From positions 186,001 through 250,000 of the IMG/VR virus record IMGVR_UViG_3300046542_000227: DNA of 64,000 nucleotides; one strand, written 5' to 3'. The position numbers and the translations under genes were made by a program. Positions 36,133 through 46,144 of the stretch are shown piece after piece (the stretch's first letter is position 1; every line of letters begins with the position of its first letter). The notes below the pieces were generated by a model. It ran no database searches. It saw only the letters and a list, made by a program, of their open reading frames with translations, and was not told the DNA's origin.

Positions 36133-37458
36133 ATGCTAAAAGAAACTGTATCGCTTGAGCTTTTGAACGTAAAAGCTAAGCGTGCGTTGGGTATCCGAAT
36201 CGAAGCTGTTATTGAGCAATGGATCGCCCGTCGTGAATTCGCCTATTTCTACACCAGTGAACAGCTTGTTGAACTGGCCACCATCGTTAAAGAAGAGATG
36301 GGTGTAAACGTTGAGTTCGTAATGAACCCACGTCCAGTCATCAATGCTGCAGCCAACGTTATCCAGTTGCCAGGGCACAGCGGTAGCACCTATAACGGTC
36401 CGGGCACCAAGCCATTGACTGTAACGGGGCGCGACGTACCACAGCAATTGCGCAAGATCAAGATCGACCTCGATAAAGGGAAGATCACTGGCGAAGTTAT
36501 TGATGGCTTGAAGAATCGCATCACACTGTTCGCCGGTTTGGTTAGCGACGATGTAATGCTGACGGCTGAAGAGATCGCTGCGGTTGTCGTGCACGAGCTG
36601 GGTCATGTTTGGAACCAGTACTTCGCATTGGGTGATTATGTCTGGCTGAACTATTACCTACAGGACGGCCTGGAAGTTCTGTCTGGGAAGAAGCCCAACA
36701 TCTATAAGCTGGAGATCTTGACCGAAGCAGGCTTGGATAAGTACTGTGACGATAAAGATGCACTGGCTGCGATGAAGGCTAACCCCTCTGCGAAGAACGT
36801 ACGCCGTGCGTTGCTAATTGCTGCGCAGAAAGCACCGCGACAACACCTGTCGTCTAAAGAGACCGATATCTCCTTGCTGCGTGAAGAGCAGTTGGCCGAT
36901 ATGTTCGCCTCCCGGATGGGTTACGCCCGAGCCTCTATCTCGCTGCATGTTAAATGTAGCAAGAAGTATGGCAGTCGTTTCCTCATCAGCTCTAGCGCCA
37001 TGACCTTCATGGAAACCACCAAGGTTCTCCTAAACGTCGGGGCTATTGTTACGGCATTCGCTGCGATCGCATTACCGCCACTGTTGGTTGCGGCATTGGC
37101 ACTGCGCATCACAGCCGTCTGCATGACTGACTACAATGTCAAGGAACCGGCGACTTACGATAACGACATCGAACGCCCGATGAAGTTCCGTCGTGACCTC
37201 GTGGCTCAGCTGAAGATCTTGGGTGAAGACAAAGCACTCGAAGAAAAGATCCTCGAAGACATTCGAGTGGTAGATGATCTGTTAGCTATCTACCGTAAGA
37301 ACACCACGCTCTGGGAAGCTTTCGAACTGTTAGTTAACCCAAGCGTCCGCCGTAATCGCCACCAACGTGCTGGTGAAGAAGAACTGGAACAATTGCTCAA
37401 CAACGACCTATTCGTTGCTGCTGCTAAATTCAATGCCCTGTCGAGGAAGTTGTCATGA
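36133..37458 (+). CDS. Virion head protein with M48-like zincin motif (phiKZ gp84-like position)
   Basis: VVHELGH and EEQLADMFA; hydrophobic segment; N-terminal VSLE protease motif. Confidence 0.7.
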   Translation: MLKETVSLELLNVKAKRALGIRIEAVIEQWIARREFAYFYTSEQLVELATIVKEEMGVNVEFVMNPRPVINAAANVIQLPGHSGSTYNGPGTKPLTVTGRDVPQQLRKIKIDLDKGKITGEVIDGLKNRITLFAGLVSDDVMLTAEEIAAVVVHELGHVWNQYFALGDYVWLNYYLQDGLEVLSGKKPNIYKLEILTEAGLDKYCDDKDALAAMKANPSAKNVRRALLIAAQKAPRQHLSSKETDISLLREEQLADMFASRMGYARASISLHVKCSKKYGSRFLISSSAMTFMETTKVLLNVGAIVTAFAAIALPPLLVAALALRITAVCMTDYNVKEPATYDNDIERPMKFRRDLVAQLKILGEDKALEEKILEDIRVVDDLLAIYRKNTTLWEAFELLVNPSVRRNRHQRAGEEELEQLLNNDLFVAAAKFNALSRKLS

Positions 37459-37898
37459 CCACTGCACATCAATTCGCTCAGATGCTCCGTAACATCGAGC
37501 CTGGTAACACCAACGTACGTCTGGCCCGTAGCCTGACCCTGATCCACGCGTTCGCCATGGTTATTCCGTGCGCTAACTACGCCAACGCTGACCAAGCGGC
37601 CGAAGCTTCCCAGCCATTGCTGAAGAAGCTGATCAACGACGTGAACGAACACGTAGCTGTTGATACCAAGCTGTGCATGGGCCTGCTGTTGCCTACCCTG
37701 AAGCTGCGCTTCGAGCTGATCAATGGCACCACCGATCCTGCGCTGATCAAGATGGTCCTGAACTCGGAAGCAGCTGCCGAGCTCAAAGGTCCGGACGATC
37801 TTGCCATGACCGAATACATGACCAGTCGTCCTGGTTTCGCCAAAGAACAAATTCTCATCAGCGAAGCTGTGCGGGATCTGATCTCCGAAAACAGCTGA
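37455..37898 (+). CDS. Virion structural protein (gp85-like position)
   Basis: ATGA overlap, GAGG RBS. Confidence 0.65.
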   Translation: MTTAHQFAQMLRNIEPGNTNVRLARSLTLIHAFAMVIPCANYANADQAAEASQPLLKKLINDVNEHVAVDTKLCMGLLLPTLKLRFELINGTTDPALIKMVLNSEAAAELKGPDDLAMTEYMTSRPGFAKEQILISEAVRDLISENS

Positions 37899-37908
37899 GT
37901 GTGGCGCG

Positions 37909-38217
37909 ATGAACTCTGAATCGCTTAGCGAGGGCACCCTGGTGTATCCTCGCCTTACCACGGAGTATCTGAAGTCTCTGATTGCGACCATCAGTTACAG
38001 TCATGTACCGGAAGCCCGTACCACGGTCTGTACGGTGATGCTGAAGATCGATTACGCCATTACCGAATCGGTAGTGTGTCCTAATCCCGACCTCTACGAT
38101 CCGGTAGCGGGTGAGAAGCACGCGTTGATCAAGGTGCTGGCTGAACTCAGAGATAAAGAGTACTACGTGTTACGCCGCCTCCTCCACGTTGAGAAGTTGT
38201 CCAAGACAGGTGAATGA
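37909..38217 (+). CDS. Phage_gp49_66-family protein (Acb4-like nucleotide sponge candidate)
   Basis: PRLT.EYLKSLI...TTVCTVML...ESVVCPNPDLYDP.AGEKHA...EYYVL matches the family pattern. Confidence 0.65.
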   Translation: MNSESLSEGTLVYPRLTTEYLKSLIATISYSHVPEARTTVCTVMLKIDYAITESVVCPNPDLYDPVAGEKHALIKVLAELRDKEYYVLRRLLHVEKLSKTGE

Positions 38218-39449
38218 AGATGGACGAAGAGATTAAAGCAATCCCGGAGCTGGAGAAAGCTCTGGAAGAACAGATCACTGGTGAAGTCGAAGTTGACACC
38301 CCCGTGGTCGAACCGCTCAAGCTGGCTTCGGACAGTTTGAACGAGCTGGTTGAAATCGGCGACACGATCAAGGTCGAAGGTGTTTCGCAAGAAGACATCC
38401 GTTCGGTGTTCACCATCATCAAGCGTCTAAGCGATGCTGGTATGGATGTGGGCGTCAGTGCTTCCTTGGAAGACTACGAGATCAACCACTTCACCCCGAC
38501 TCGCAGCATGGTTAACCAGACGATCTCCCAAGAAGGTATTGGTGCTACGATCGTTAACGTGATCAAGGCAGTGATCGAGCGTTTGGTTGAGTACGTGATC
38601 AAAGCCGTGCGTTTCTTCAAGGTCATGGGTGCCAAGGACAAAGCGATCGAAGCTTCGTTCGAAAAGGCCAAGGAGAAATCCAAGGACGTACAGGCAGCTA
38701 TCGCATTGTTCCAACGTGCGAACATGGCTGACTCCAGTAAGGTTGATGCCGAAGCTGAAGTCTACGCCAAGGCTCTGCTGACTGACTCCAGCCTGCCACG
38801 TAACTACCTGACCCTGGCTGCACTGTTCCACCAACCATCGGTCGATGAAGTTAAAACGATCCATGCGAAGGTTGAGCGTGCGACCCTGTTCCTGCGTAAG
38901 TCGGTCAAGTCGCTGTCGATGTTCCTGACCACCCCAACCGCTGATCTGAACGTCGACGTAACGATGATGGAAGACCTAGCGTCCGTGCGCCAGCAGATCG
39001 GCCTGATGCAGCAAGTGGACCCGGACCAAAAGTTCATCCACATGTTCATCAAGCCTGACTTCTTCGCGACCAACACCGTGCGTAAGCAAGCTGAACCATT
39101 GGCTCGCTATGAGTACATCCTCAAGGCGTACTACTCGGTAGCCGATGACCTGCGTTCGATCCGCAAGTACAATCAGGATGCTTACGATGAAGAAGCCGTA
39201 CGCTTCATCAATGAAGTGATTGCTGAAATCACTCAAGCGTTCGAAGACCTCGGTCTGGTGATTGACTTCTTCGCTAACCTGAAGAACGTGCAGATGGCTG
39301 TGTTCAAAGTACAGCTCAAGTACCTCAACCGTTACACCTCCTTGCTGTATCTGAACTGCCGCGACAACGCGGTCTCCGATATCACCAAGAAGCAAGTCGA
39401 AGGCATCTTCACCGATCTGGAGAAGAAGCTGAAATCCTACGGGGTTTAA
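38214..39449 (+). CDS. Internal head protein with cleavable propeptide (gp86-like position)
   Basis: Acidic N-terminus; VSQE, ASLE, ISQE prohead-protease motifs. Confidence 0.72.
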   Translation: MKMDEEIKAIPELEKALEEQITGEVEVDTPVVEPLKLASDSLNELVEIGDTIKVEGVSQEDIRSVFTIIKRLSDAGMDVGVSASLEDYEINHFTPTRSMVNQTISQEGIGATIVNVIKAVIERLVEYVIKAVRFFKVMGAKDKAIEASFEKAKEKSKDVQAAIALFQRANMADSSKVDAEAEVYAKALLTDSSLPRNYLTLAALFHQPSVDEVKTIHAKVERATLFLRKSVKSLSMFLTTPTADLNVDVTMMEDLASVRQQIGLMQQVDPDQKFIHMFIKPDFFATNTVRKQAEPLARYEYILKAYYSVADDLRSIRKYNQDAYDEEAVRFINEVIAEITQAFEDLGLVIDFFANLKNVQMAVFKVQLKYLNRYTSLLYLNCRDNAVSDITKKQVEGIFTDLEKKLKSYGV

Positions 39450-39454
39450 GTAGA

Positions 39455-39494
39455 CGACATAAAGCCCCTCCCTACGGGGAGGGGCCTATGCCGC
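39455..39494. repeat. Conserved ~40-bp palindromic element at convergent junction (copy 2)
   Basis: CGACATAAAGCCCCTCCC-TACG-GGGAGGGGCCTATGCCGC. Confidence 0.85.
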
Positions 39495-42383
39495 TTAGTG
39501 ACGCAGGAAGTTGATCGTGAGATCGTCTTCAATCATCAGCTCTTGGTTGGTCAGTACGGTTGGCTTCTTGCGCAGGGACAGACGCACAGAGTCATCTTCC
39601 ACAGTCAAGATAGCGAAGTCCGCAGAACCACCCAAGCCGGAGACTTCCACACCACTAACGTCATCACCGGCAGCGAGTTTCAATGCCGCGATAATGTCAG
39701 AGCGCACTACACGAGTTTGACCAAGCAGTTCAGTGATGATCTTCTTGGTGGTTTCGATCAGTGCAGGACGCAACGATGTATTACGATAGCTAGCCGCATC
39801 CATGAAGTAGGTAACGTTGAGGCCTTGGTCGAGGGTGATATCTGCAAGCAGACCATCCTTAACTGTAGCCGTGGTGTTACCGAAGGTGGTGATCGGGTAG
39901 AAGTAGATCTCCGCTTCATCCAGCAACTGCTTACGGATGTTAGCGATGTCGCCTTGAATCCACTCTACTACTTGCATCGGGATCTCGTCTCGGTAGTCTG
40001 CCGAGGCCGCTTCGGTGGCGAAGTAGTACATGCCATCCACCAAGAACATGGTGAACTCACGCTGGATCTTACGTGGTGCCAGCAACACTGGCTGTTGAGT
40101 AGTAGGGTCGAGGATCGTGTCACCCTTGCGATACTGCATGACTGGTTGGTTCTGTGCATCCAGAATCGGATCACCAGCACGGTGCAAGATGGTGTACACC
40201 AGAGAGTTCCCTGGACCTGAAGTAACAATGATGTTGCCATCTTCGTCACGCAGATACACGTTGTCAGCGTAGACCGCTGGAACGTCAGCGCCGTAATGCT
40301 GATAGGACTCTTGACTCAACACCGTCCGGTTACGACGCCACAGGTCAGTGAGTTCATAACCAAAGCGGATGGTCAGACGCTCACGGATAACCGCCATGAA
40401 GGTGTGATCGAGTAGATGCTCTTGCAGCAATGCATCGATCTCGTTACCCACATAGCCCGGCGATTCGATCTGGTCAACGATAATGGTGAAGTCCACATCG
40501 TGTTCCATGCTCAAAGCAAAGTGGTTCTGTGCCAAGTCGAACATCGACATGTTGGTGGTGTAAAGACTGTTGGCCGAGTCCACATCGAAGTTGGTAAGGA
40601 TATCGAACTGATAGATCCGCTCGTTATCCTCCATCCCGATCAGTGTGCCGTTCAAGCTGGCGTAGTTGTTCTCACCGACGGGCTTGTAGCCCATCTGTAC
40701 TACCACGAGTTCATCTGCCAACAACTTGAACTGATCATCAGTCTTGAGTTTGGTCTTGATGCGGAAGCCTTTGTCGATACGCTCGATCGAGTAGGTATCA
40801 ATGCTGGCTTGCAGTTGACTGCTGTCGTTGTCGCCGGCGAAGGTCTTACGCACTACAGTCGGCTCACCGAAGTAATACGGACGCACATCGAAGTTCGCAC
40901 TGGATGCATCGAGCACATAGTGGAACGGCGTGTACATATAGCTGCCGTCGATGATCAACCGCGATACGACTTCAGAACTGGCATTACGCAGTTGCGCAAT
41001 ACGACCGTCGTCCACTACCGAGATCACCCCATCCTTATAATCGAACAGGATCGTGGGCAGCAGAGTAATGCGGTCACCATTGTCTGCTACGTGAGCACTC
41101 AGTGCCAGCTCTTCCATGGACTGTTGAGTCTGTGCCATCATCGTACCCACAGCCGAAGCTACAGAGTTGTTCGACGGGGCAGGCAAACGACGCGAGGCCA
41201 AGAACTGACGATGGGTAATGTTGTTGACGTTGGAGACGAGGTTGTAACCTTTACGTTGCAGGAAGTAGTTCAACTGCACGTCAGTGATCGGGAACGGAGC
41301 ACCATCCATCACACCGTCGATTACTGTGTTACGCAGGGTCTCGAAGTCCACCGCATTAGAACCACCACGAACCCGGGTTGGGTTCATTGCCGAGAACTCA
41401 CCAATGTGGTTGAGTGGATCGGTGTAGGTCTTGTCGTCATCGATGGTGTTGAAGTCCACCTCAAACGACTTACGGTCATAGCTACCCAAGTCAACGTCAA
41501 TGACACCCTTAGTAGTGAACACGTCAACTCGCAGTTCACCGGTCGCGCTACCGTTAGTGGTGTAGACCAACGGGAACTCAGCGAAGACTTTACCGTTGAG
41601 GACTTTGAGCACCAACGTTAAACGCGTCGGGTCAAAGACCTGATCGCTGTGCGTGGTGTTGATCTCACGCCAACCCAGCTTAGTGTCGCTGATATAAGCC
41701 CGAACGTGGAAGAACTGATCGGTAAAGCTGAAGGTCCCCTCGAAAGGCAGAGTAGGGTTCAGTGTTTCCGTATAGGTCTTCATGCTGAACTGCAACACCG
41801 GAATGCGCAGCAGCAGATACCACTTACGGTTGATCAACAGTTCCTTGCTTTGCACGATGTTCGAATCGAGCGTTTGCAGCGGAGACGGTTTGTCCAAGTC
41901 GTAAACGATCTGCAAACCACCGTGACGCATCTGGCGGATCTCAATCGGGTACTGCATGGTGAAGTCGTGACCGGCAACCTTAATCACCGTGTTACGAGGG
42001 ATCACTACCTTCTTGATTCCGTCCAACCCCACCGGAACCATCTTCGAGATAATCTCATCTTTACTGAAATAGAACTCGAAGTAAGTCGGCGCTGGGTTAG
42101 CGAAACGGTTGAGGTAGTTGTCATCGGACATGTGCAGATAAAGATCCTCTGCAGCGATAACGTTACTGGCATACAAACGACGCACCAGTGAGATGCCTTC
42201 GTTCATTGCCATGGCGGCTACCAGAGTGCCGTTCTCGATAGCAAAGACAAACGGATGAGATCCATCAGGAACCTCAAACGTGCCTTGACCATTGACCTGG
42301 CGATCCAGTTCATCCATGGCAAGCTGGATCATCAGGTTCGGGTTAGTCCGCACCTGTTCCAGTTTATCAAGATACTCGCTCAT
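39495..42383 (-). CDS. Baseplate wedge-like structural protein (phiKZ gp87-like)
   Basis: 962 aa beta-rich; VYTTNG...GGSNAVDFETLR resembles gp6/J baseplate motif. Confidence 0.7.
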   Translation of the reverse strand: MSEYLDKLEQVRTNPNLMIQLAMDELDRQVNGQGTFEVPDGSHPFVFAIENGTLVAAMAMNEGISLVRRLYASNVIAAEDLYLHMSDDNYLNRFANPAPTYFEFYFSKDEIISKMVPVGLDGIKKVVIPRNTVIKVAGHDFTMQYPIEIRQMRHGGLQIVYDLDKPSPLQTLDSNIVQSKELLINRKWYLLLRIPVLQFSMKTYTETLNPTLPFEGTFSFTDQFFHVRAYISDTKLGWREINTTHSDQVFDPTRLTLVLKVLNGKVFAEFPLVYTTNGSATGELRVDVFTTKGVIDVDLGSYDRKSFEVDFNTIDDDKTYTDPLNHIGEFSAMNPTRVRGGSNAVDFETLRNTVIDGVMDGAPFPITDVQLNYFLQRKGYNLVSNVNNITHRQFLASRRLPAPSNNSVASAVGTMMAQTQQSMEELALSAHVADNGDRITLLPTILFDYKDGVISVVDDGRIAQLRNASSEVVSRLIIDGSYMYTPFHYVLDASSANFDVRPYYFGEPTVVRKTFAGDNDSSQLQASIDTYSIERIDKGFRIKTKLKTDDQFKLLADELVVVQMGYKPVGENNYASLNGTLIGMEDNERIYQFDILTNFDVDSANSLYTTNMSMFDLAQNHFALSMEHDVDFTIIVDQIESPGYVGNEIDALLQEHLLDHTFMAVIRERLTIRFGYELTDLWRRNRTVLSQESYQHYGADVPAVYADNVYLRDEDGNIIVTSGPGNSLVYTILHRAGDPILDAQNQPVMQYRKGDTILDPTTQQPVLLAPRKIQREFTMFLVDGMYYFATEAASADYRDEIPMQVVEWIQGDIANIRKQLLDEAEIYFYPITTFGNTTATVKDGLLADITLDQGLNVTYFMDAASYRNTSLRPALIETTKKIITELLGQTRVVRSDIIAALKLAAGDDVSGVEVSGLGGSADFAILTVEDDSVRLSLRKKPTVLTNQELMIEDDLTINFLRH

Positions 42384-42395
42384 CGCGCACCTTTA

Positions 42396-43454
42396 TTATT
42401 GCTGCGGAGTTGCCGCATTGGTTGGGAGGTCTACACGCAACACACCAGCTTTCTGTGTTTCGTAAGTCTGCTTGAATACCCACCACTCCAGCTCCATCGT
42501 CGATGGCTCGATGCGGGGGTAGGAACCTTTGTGGTTGAAGTACTCACGTTCCCATGGTTTCAACTTGACCATCTGGTTGTTACGGTTCTCATCACGCATG
42601 CCAGGATTGAAGTCCTGTTGCAGCTCGTTGAACTCGTAAATCAGAATGTGATCGTAATAAGTGAAGCCGACAGCTTTAAAGACGAAGGTGATGTTATCAC
42701 CGACGCCAGCGAACGGGGTGTTGTTACCCGAGGCATCGAAGTCAGCGTGCTGGGATAAGCTTGCGGTAACCGGGTACGCAGCGCCACATGCAAACAGACG
42801 GGTCACGTAAGTCTTGGTCACGTCCATAACCAAACGGTAGACGCGAGTGTTGTAGTCGATGACGTTGTACATCACGTTATCGGGATACGGCAGAATGCGC
42901 CCCTCACGGGCCAGACCTTGATACCGCTCCCACATCAACAGCATGAATGTTATAGGGTCACCAATAAGGTTCTTAAAGGTGCATTGCAGGTCGAAGGTAC
43001 CGTACATATACGGCACGTCATCAACGTACGTATAGACCTCACGATACAACCCTGGGTCTGAACTAAACGTCCCCAGAGTGAAGTCTTCCCACCCTGAGAT
43101 ACTCACCAAGTTATTGCCCAACAGGGGAATAAAAGGATTGAGTGGATCGACGTTCTCACAGGTCAAACCGCTACGATGGGCCTCAGGGTCCATGTAGGAG
43201 CGCAAGGCCCGCTGGATGCCGCTGGGGGCTTCCATGAGCAAGTTCTGCATCACCCGATCGATCTGTAAGTTATCGTATGACAAATTCAAATCGGGTTTCG
43301 TGAAGAACGTGAAGCCGTGGTTCTCTGTGTTCAGCTGAGTCGGCGAGAACCGGCCCACCATGTTGTTCCCGTACAACGTATCAGACAGAACCCGATCCGC
43401 AGGAGAAAACCCACTATTCTGTGTGATCTGATTTAGATAGTTCTCATATGACAT
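42396..43454 (-). CDS. Tail tube-initiator/baseplate-like structural protein (gp88-like)
   Basis: FFTKPDLNL, DYNTRVYRLVMD, GAAYP; cotranscribed with baseplate gene. Confidence 0.62.
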   Translation of the reverse strand: MSYENYLNQITQNSGFSPADRVLSDTLYGNNMVGRFSPTQLNTENHGFTFFTKPDLNLSYDNLQIDRVMQNLLMEAPSGIQRALRSYMDPEAHRSGLTCENVDPLNPFIPLLGNNLVSISGWEDFTLGTFSSDPGLYREVYTYVDDVPYMYGTFDLQCTFKNLIGDPITFMLLMWERYQGLAREGRILPYPDNVMYNVIDYNTRVYRLVMDVTKTYVTRLFACGAAYPVTASLSQHADFDASGNNTPFAGVGDNITFVFKAVGFTYYDHILIYEFNELQQDFNPGMRDENRNNQMVKLKPWEREYFNHKGSYPRIEPSTMELEWWVFKQTYETQKAGVLRVDLPTNAATPQQ

Positions 43455-43486
43455 GTCGCACACCACTTGTGTAAAAGGAAAAAACC

Positions 43487-44650
43487 ATGCCGCTTCCCGC
43501 CGCTGCTATTCCACTCGCTATGGCCGTCGCTAAAACGACTGGCGCGCAAATTGCTGGTAACGCTGCAACTACTCTGCTCGGGTCGCTGGTGTCTGCCGCA
43601 CGTAACGGCACCGACATCAGTTCGTTGGCCGACCTGTCGCGCCCAGCGCGCGTTGAACCGCTGGTGCTGGTTGAACAAACCCTGCAGAACCAACCGTTCA
43701 TGGAAAACGTAATGAAGATGGGTCTGACCCAATTCGCTGCGTACTACCTGCAAGCATTCAGCATGCTGATGAACGTCGGCCGTATCGAGACCCTCAAGGT
43801 CTTCGACAGCCTGAATCCGAACCGCAACATGGGTATGGGTCAGGGTGCGTTGCTGCAAGGTACCGTGCTGTCCCAAGAAGACTTCGCGCATGGCTTGCCA
43901 TCGCTGGAAGCTTATGATCGTCCAGCGGTTCCAGGCCTGATCGGTACTGTCTCGATTGAAGACGGTGACGACAATGCCAAGACCAACTACAGCGCCAAAG
44001 TCGACAAGCTGTACGAAGTCGAGAACCTGTCTGTTGGTAAGCTGATCAACGTCGAACTCAAGGACGGCGATCAAGTCGCCAAGATCCCTGTGCTGATCCG
44101 TCTGTTGGCCACCACGGTCAAGACCGATATCATGACACATATCTTTACCGCTGGCGGCCGCGACAGCTGGGGTGAGCGTTTCCAATTGGCCCGCGCTGGC
44201 ATGATCCGTCCGATCCGTGACCTGATCTTCGGCATCGATCTGATCGACGAACACCGCCGTGCTTTGATGAACGATACCAGCGGTGCCTACAAGGCCATCA
44301 CTGACCGTCGTCGCAACAACGTCAAGAAGGCAGCCCTGTCCGGCGTGGTTTCTGCAGCCGATGCTTCGAACATCGCTGTGATCACCAAAGAAACCGCCAA
44401 GCTCATCGGCACCAAGCTGTACGGCAAGCTCGACAACACTGCTGTGCGTGAGCGCGTCTTCAACAACAGCTACCTGCTGCTACTGATCGTCGTTGACGAG
44501 CAGTACGAACAAGTCACCGTCTATCACCGCGGTCTGGAAATCCCGAGCAAGTATTCTTTCAAGGAAATCGCTGGTTCCGAGAAAGGTCGCGGTCAGGATA
44601 TCACCGAGGTGTACAAGATGATCCTCGGCGCCATGGGCTCGAACATCTGA
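43487..44650 (+). CDS. Inner-body/head protein (phiKZ gp89-like)
   Basis: 387 aa; LSQE, PSLE, VSIE motifs; synteny. Confidence 0.72.
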   Translation: MPLPAAAIPLAMAVAKTTGAQIAGNAATTLLGSLVSAARNGTDISSLADLSRPARVEPLVLVEQTLQNQPFMENVMKMGLTQFAAYYLQAFSMLMNVGRIETLKVFDSLNPNRNMGMGQGALLQGTVLSQEDFAHGLPSLEAYDRPAVPGLIGTVSIEDGDDNAKTNYSAKVDKLYEVENLSVGKLINVELKDGDQVAKIPVLIRLLATTVKTDIMTHIFTAGGRDSWGERFQLARAGMIRPIRDLIFGIDLIDEHRRALMNDTSGAYKAITDRRRNNVKKAALSGVVSAADASNIAVITKETAKLIGTKLYGKLDNTAVRERVFNNSYLLLLIVVDEQYEQVTVYHRGLEIPSKYSFKEIAGSEKGRGQDITEVYKMILGAMGSNI

Positions 44651-44667
44651 ATAAGGGCTGAACCAGA

Positions 44668-45579
44668 ATGAACTCGATTATTGAATACCTGAAGTCCCTG
44701 GTGCCATCGGCCGAGCGTCGTGAGATGCTCAGTGCTCTGTCGGCCTTGCGTGACGAACACAACGACACGCTGATGCCTGTTGTGAACGAATACCGTGAGC
44801 TGCTGGGTGACCACCAGTTCAAGTCCATGCTGTACAAGAACTTCGAGATTCGTCTGCGTCGTCACGTACAGTTCCAACAGCCGGCGATCACCTTGGTTAT
44901 CAAGGCTATCGAAAACCTGCAGTCGGTGTTCCCGTTCCTGGAAAAAGAAATCCAGAGCAACTTCGGTCCACAGATCGCAACCGCCAGCCTGACCTACGAC
45001 AGCGTTAACGTTCTGCGTTACCTGGACTCGGTAGCCTTCTATATCCGCTACGCTCGCAAGTTTCTACTTAAGGTAGTAGCCGACGAAGCATCCGCTATCG
45101 GCGGCACCAAGCCGGATTGGGTTCGTGGCGAACTCGATTACCTCGACAACAACCTCGACAACTTCGCCGGTCTGTTGACTGCGATGTTGAAATCGGAAGG
45201 CGAGCTGCGCGCTACCTTCCGTAAGGTTTCGACTGCTATGGTCGATGAAGCTACCAGCGACCTCGCGATGAAGTCCCTGGGCAACGAGAAGATCGACCCG
45301 ATGAAACTGGCCAACTTCTCTCCGCAGAAGAACTGGCTGATGTCCTTCGGCAAGATGCTCGCTGAATGGCAAGTCGGTCGCTATCGCGCCGGTAAGGAAG
45401 ACCTCGCGGCTCTGCAGATGCGTCTGCAAGAAATGCGTGAGCTGCAATCGAGCGGTAAGGCTAGCCCGGTTGTACAGGGTCAGATCAAGAAGCTTGAAGA
45501 TCGTATCGGCAAGCTCGACGCCAAACTCAACGAGATCGAAGAAGAAGCTCGTGATGACCGTGGGATGGCCTCCGTATGA
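44668..45579 (+). CDS. Inner-body/head protein (phiKZ gp90-like)
   Basis: 303 aa with C-terminal coiled coil; synteny. Confidence 0.72.
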   Translation: MNSIIEYLKSLVPSAERREMLSALSALRDEHNDTLMPVVNEYRELLGDHQFKSMLYKNFEIRLRRHVQFQQPAITLVIKAIENLQSVFPFLEKEIQSNFGPQIATASLTYDSVNVLRYLDSVAFYIRYARKFLLKVVADEASAIGGTKPDWVRGELDYLDNNLDNFAGLLTAMLKSEGELRATFRKVSTAMVDEATSDLAMKSLGNEKIDPMKLANFSPQKNWLMSFGKMLAEWQVGRYRAGKEDLAALQMRLQEMRELQSSGKASPVVQGQIKKLEDRIGKLDAKLNEIEEEARDDRGMASV

Positions 45580-46103
45580 TCATGCCCAACGCAGTCAAGG
45601 AACATCGCGGTAACCCAGGTTACCATGGCGGTCAAGCTGACTCGTTGCCTGTATCTGCTTTCCGTGATGGGCAACGCGATGTTGTTGCCCTTTACCAAGA
45701 ATTCACAGGTCCAGGTGCACAGGTCAATAACTGGGAATTCCGTAAGAAGGTAATCAAGCTGGCCTACCGCTTGTTCACTGGACGGACCAACTGGTTTATC
45801 GGCATCGACGACGACCGTAGCGTACAGCAGTACAACTACGAGTTCATTCTCGACACCGTGCGCTACATCGCCACCGGCAGTCGCCGCATCAGCATCCACA
45901 GCTGGCCAGACCTCATCGGTCACAACCAGCCAGGGTTTATCCGCAAGGAACACTCTGAAGTGCGGAACCTGTTTAAAGACCTGGCTCTGTCGAATGACAT
46001 GGTCACGTTGATCCAGCGCTGGTGCGCACAGAAGGGTGGGGTTGATGATCTCATGTTGACCCTGAACATCCTCTTCGGCGATCGTGTCGTACAGGTCGAT
46101 TGA
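45576..46103 (+). CDS. Virion protein (gp91-like position)
   Basis: ATGA overlap, 175 aa. Confidence 0.68.
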   Translation: MIMPNAVKEHRGNPGYHGGQADSLPVSAFRDGQRDVVALYQEFTGPGAQVNNWEFRKKVIKLAYRLFTGRTNWFIGIDDDRSVQQYNYEFILDTVRYIATGSRRISIHSWPDLIGHNQPGFIRKEHSEVRNLFKDLALSNDMVTLIQRWCAQKGGVDDLMLTLNILFGDRVVQVD

Positions 46104-46144
46104 TTAAGGGTGGGTTCGCCCACCCCTTTATTTAGGAACTCGCT

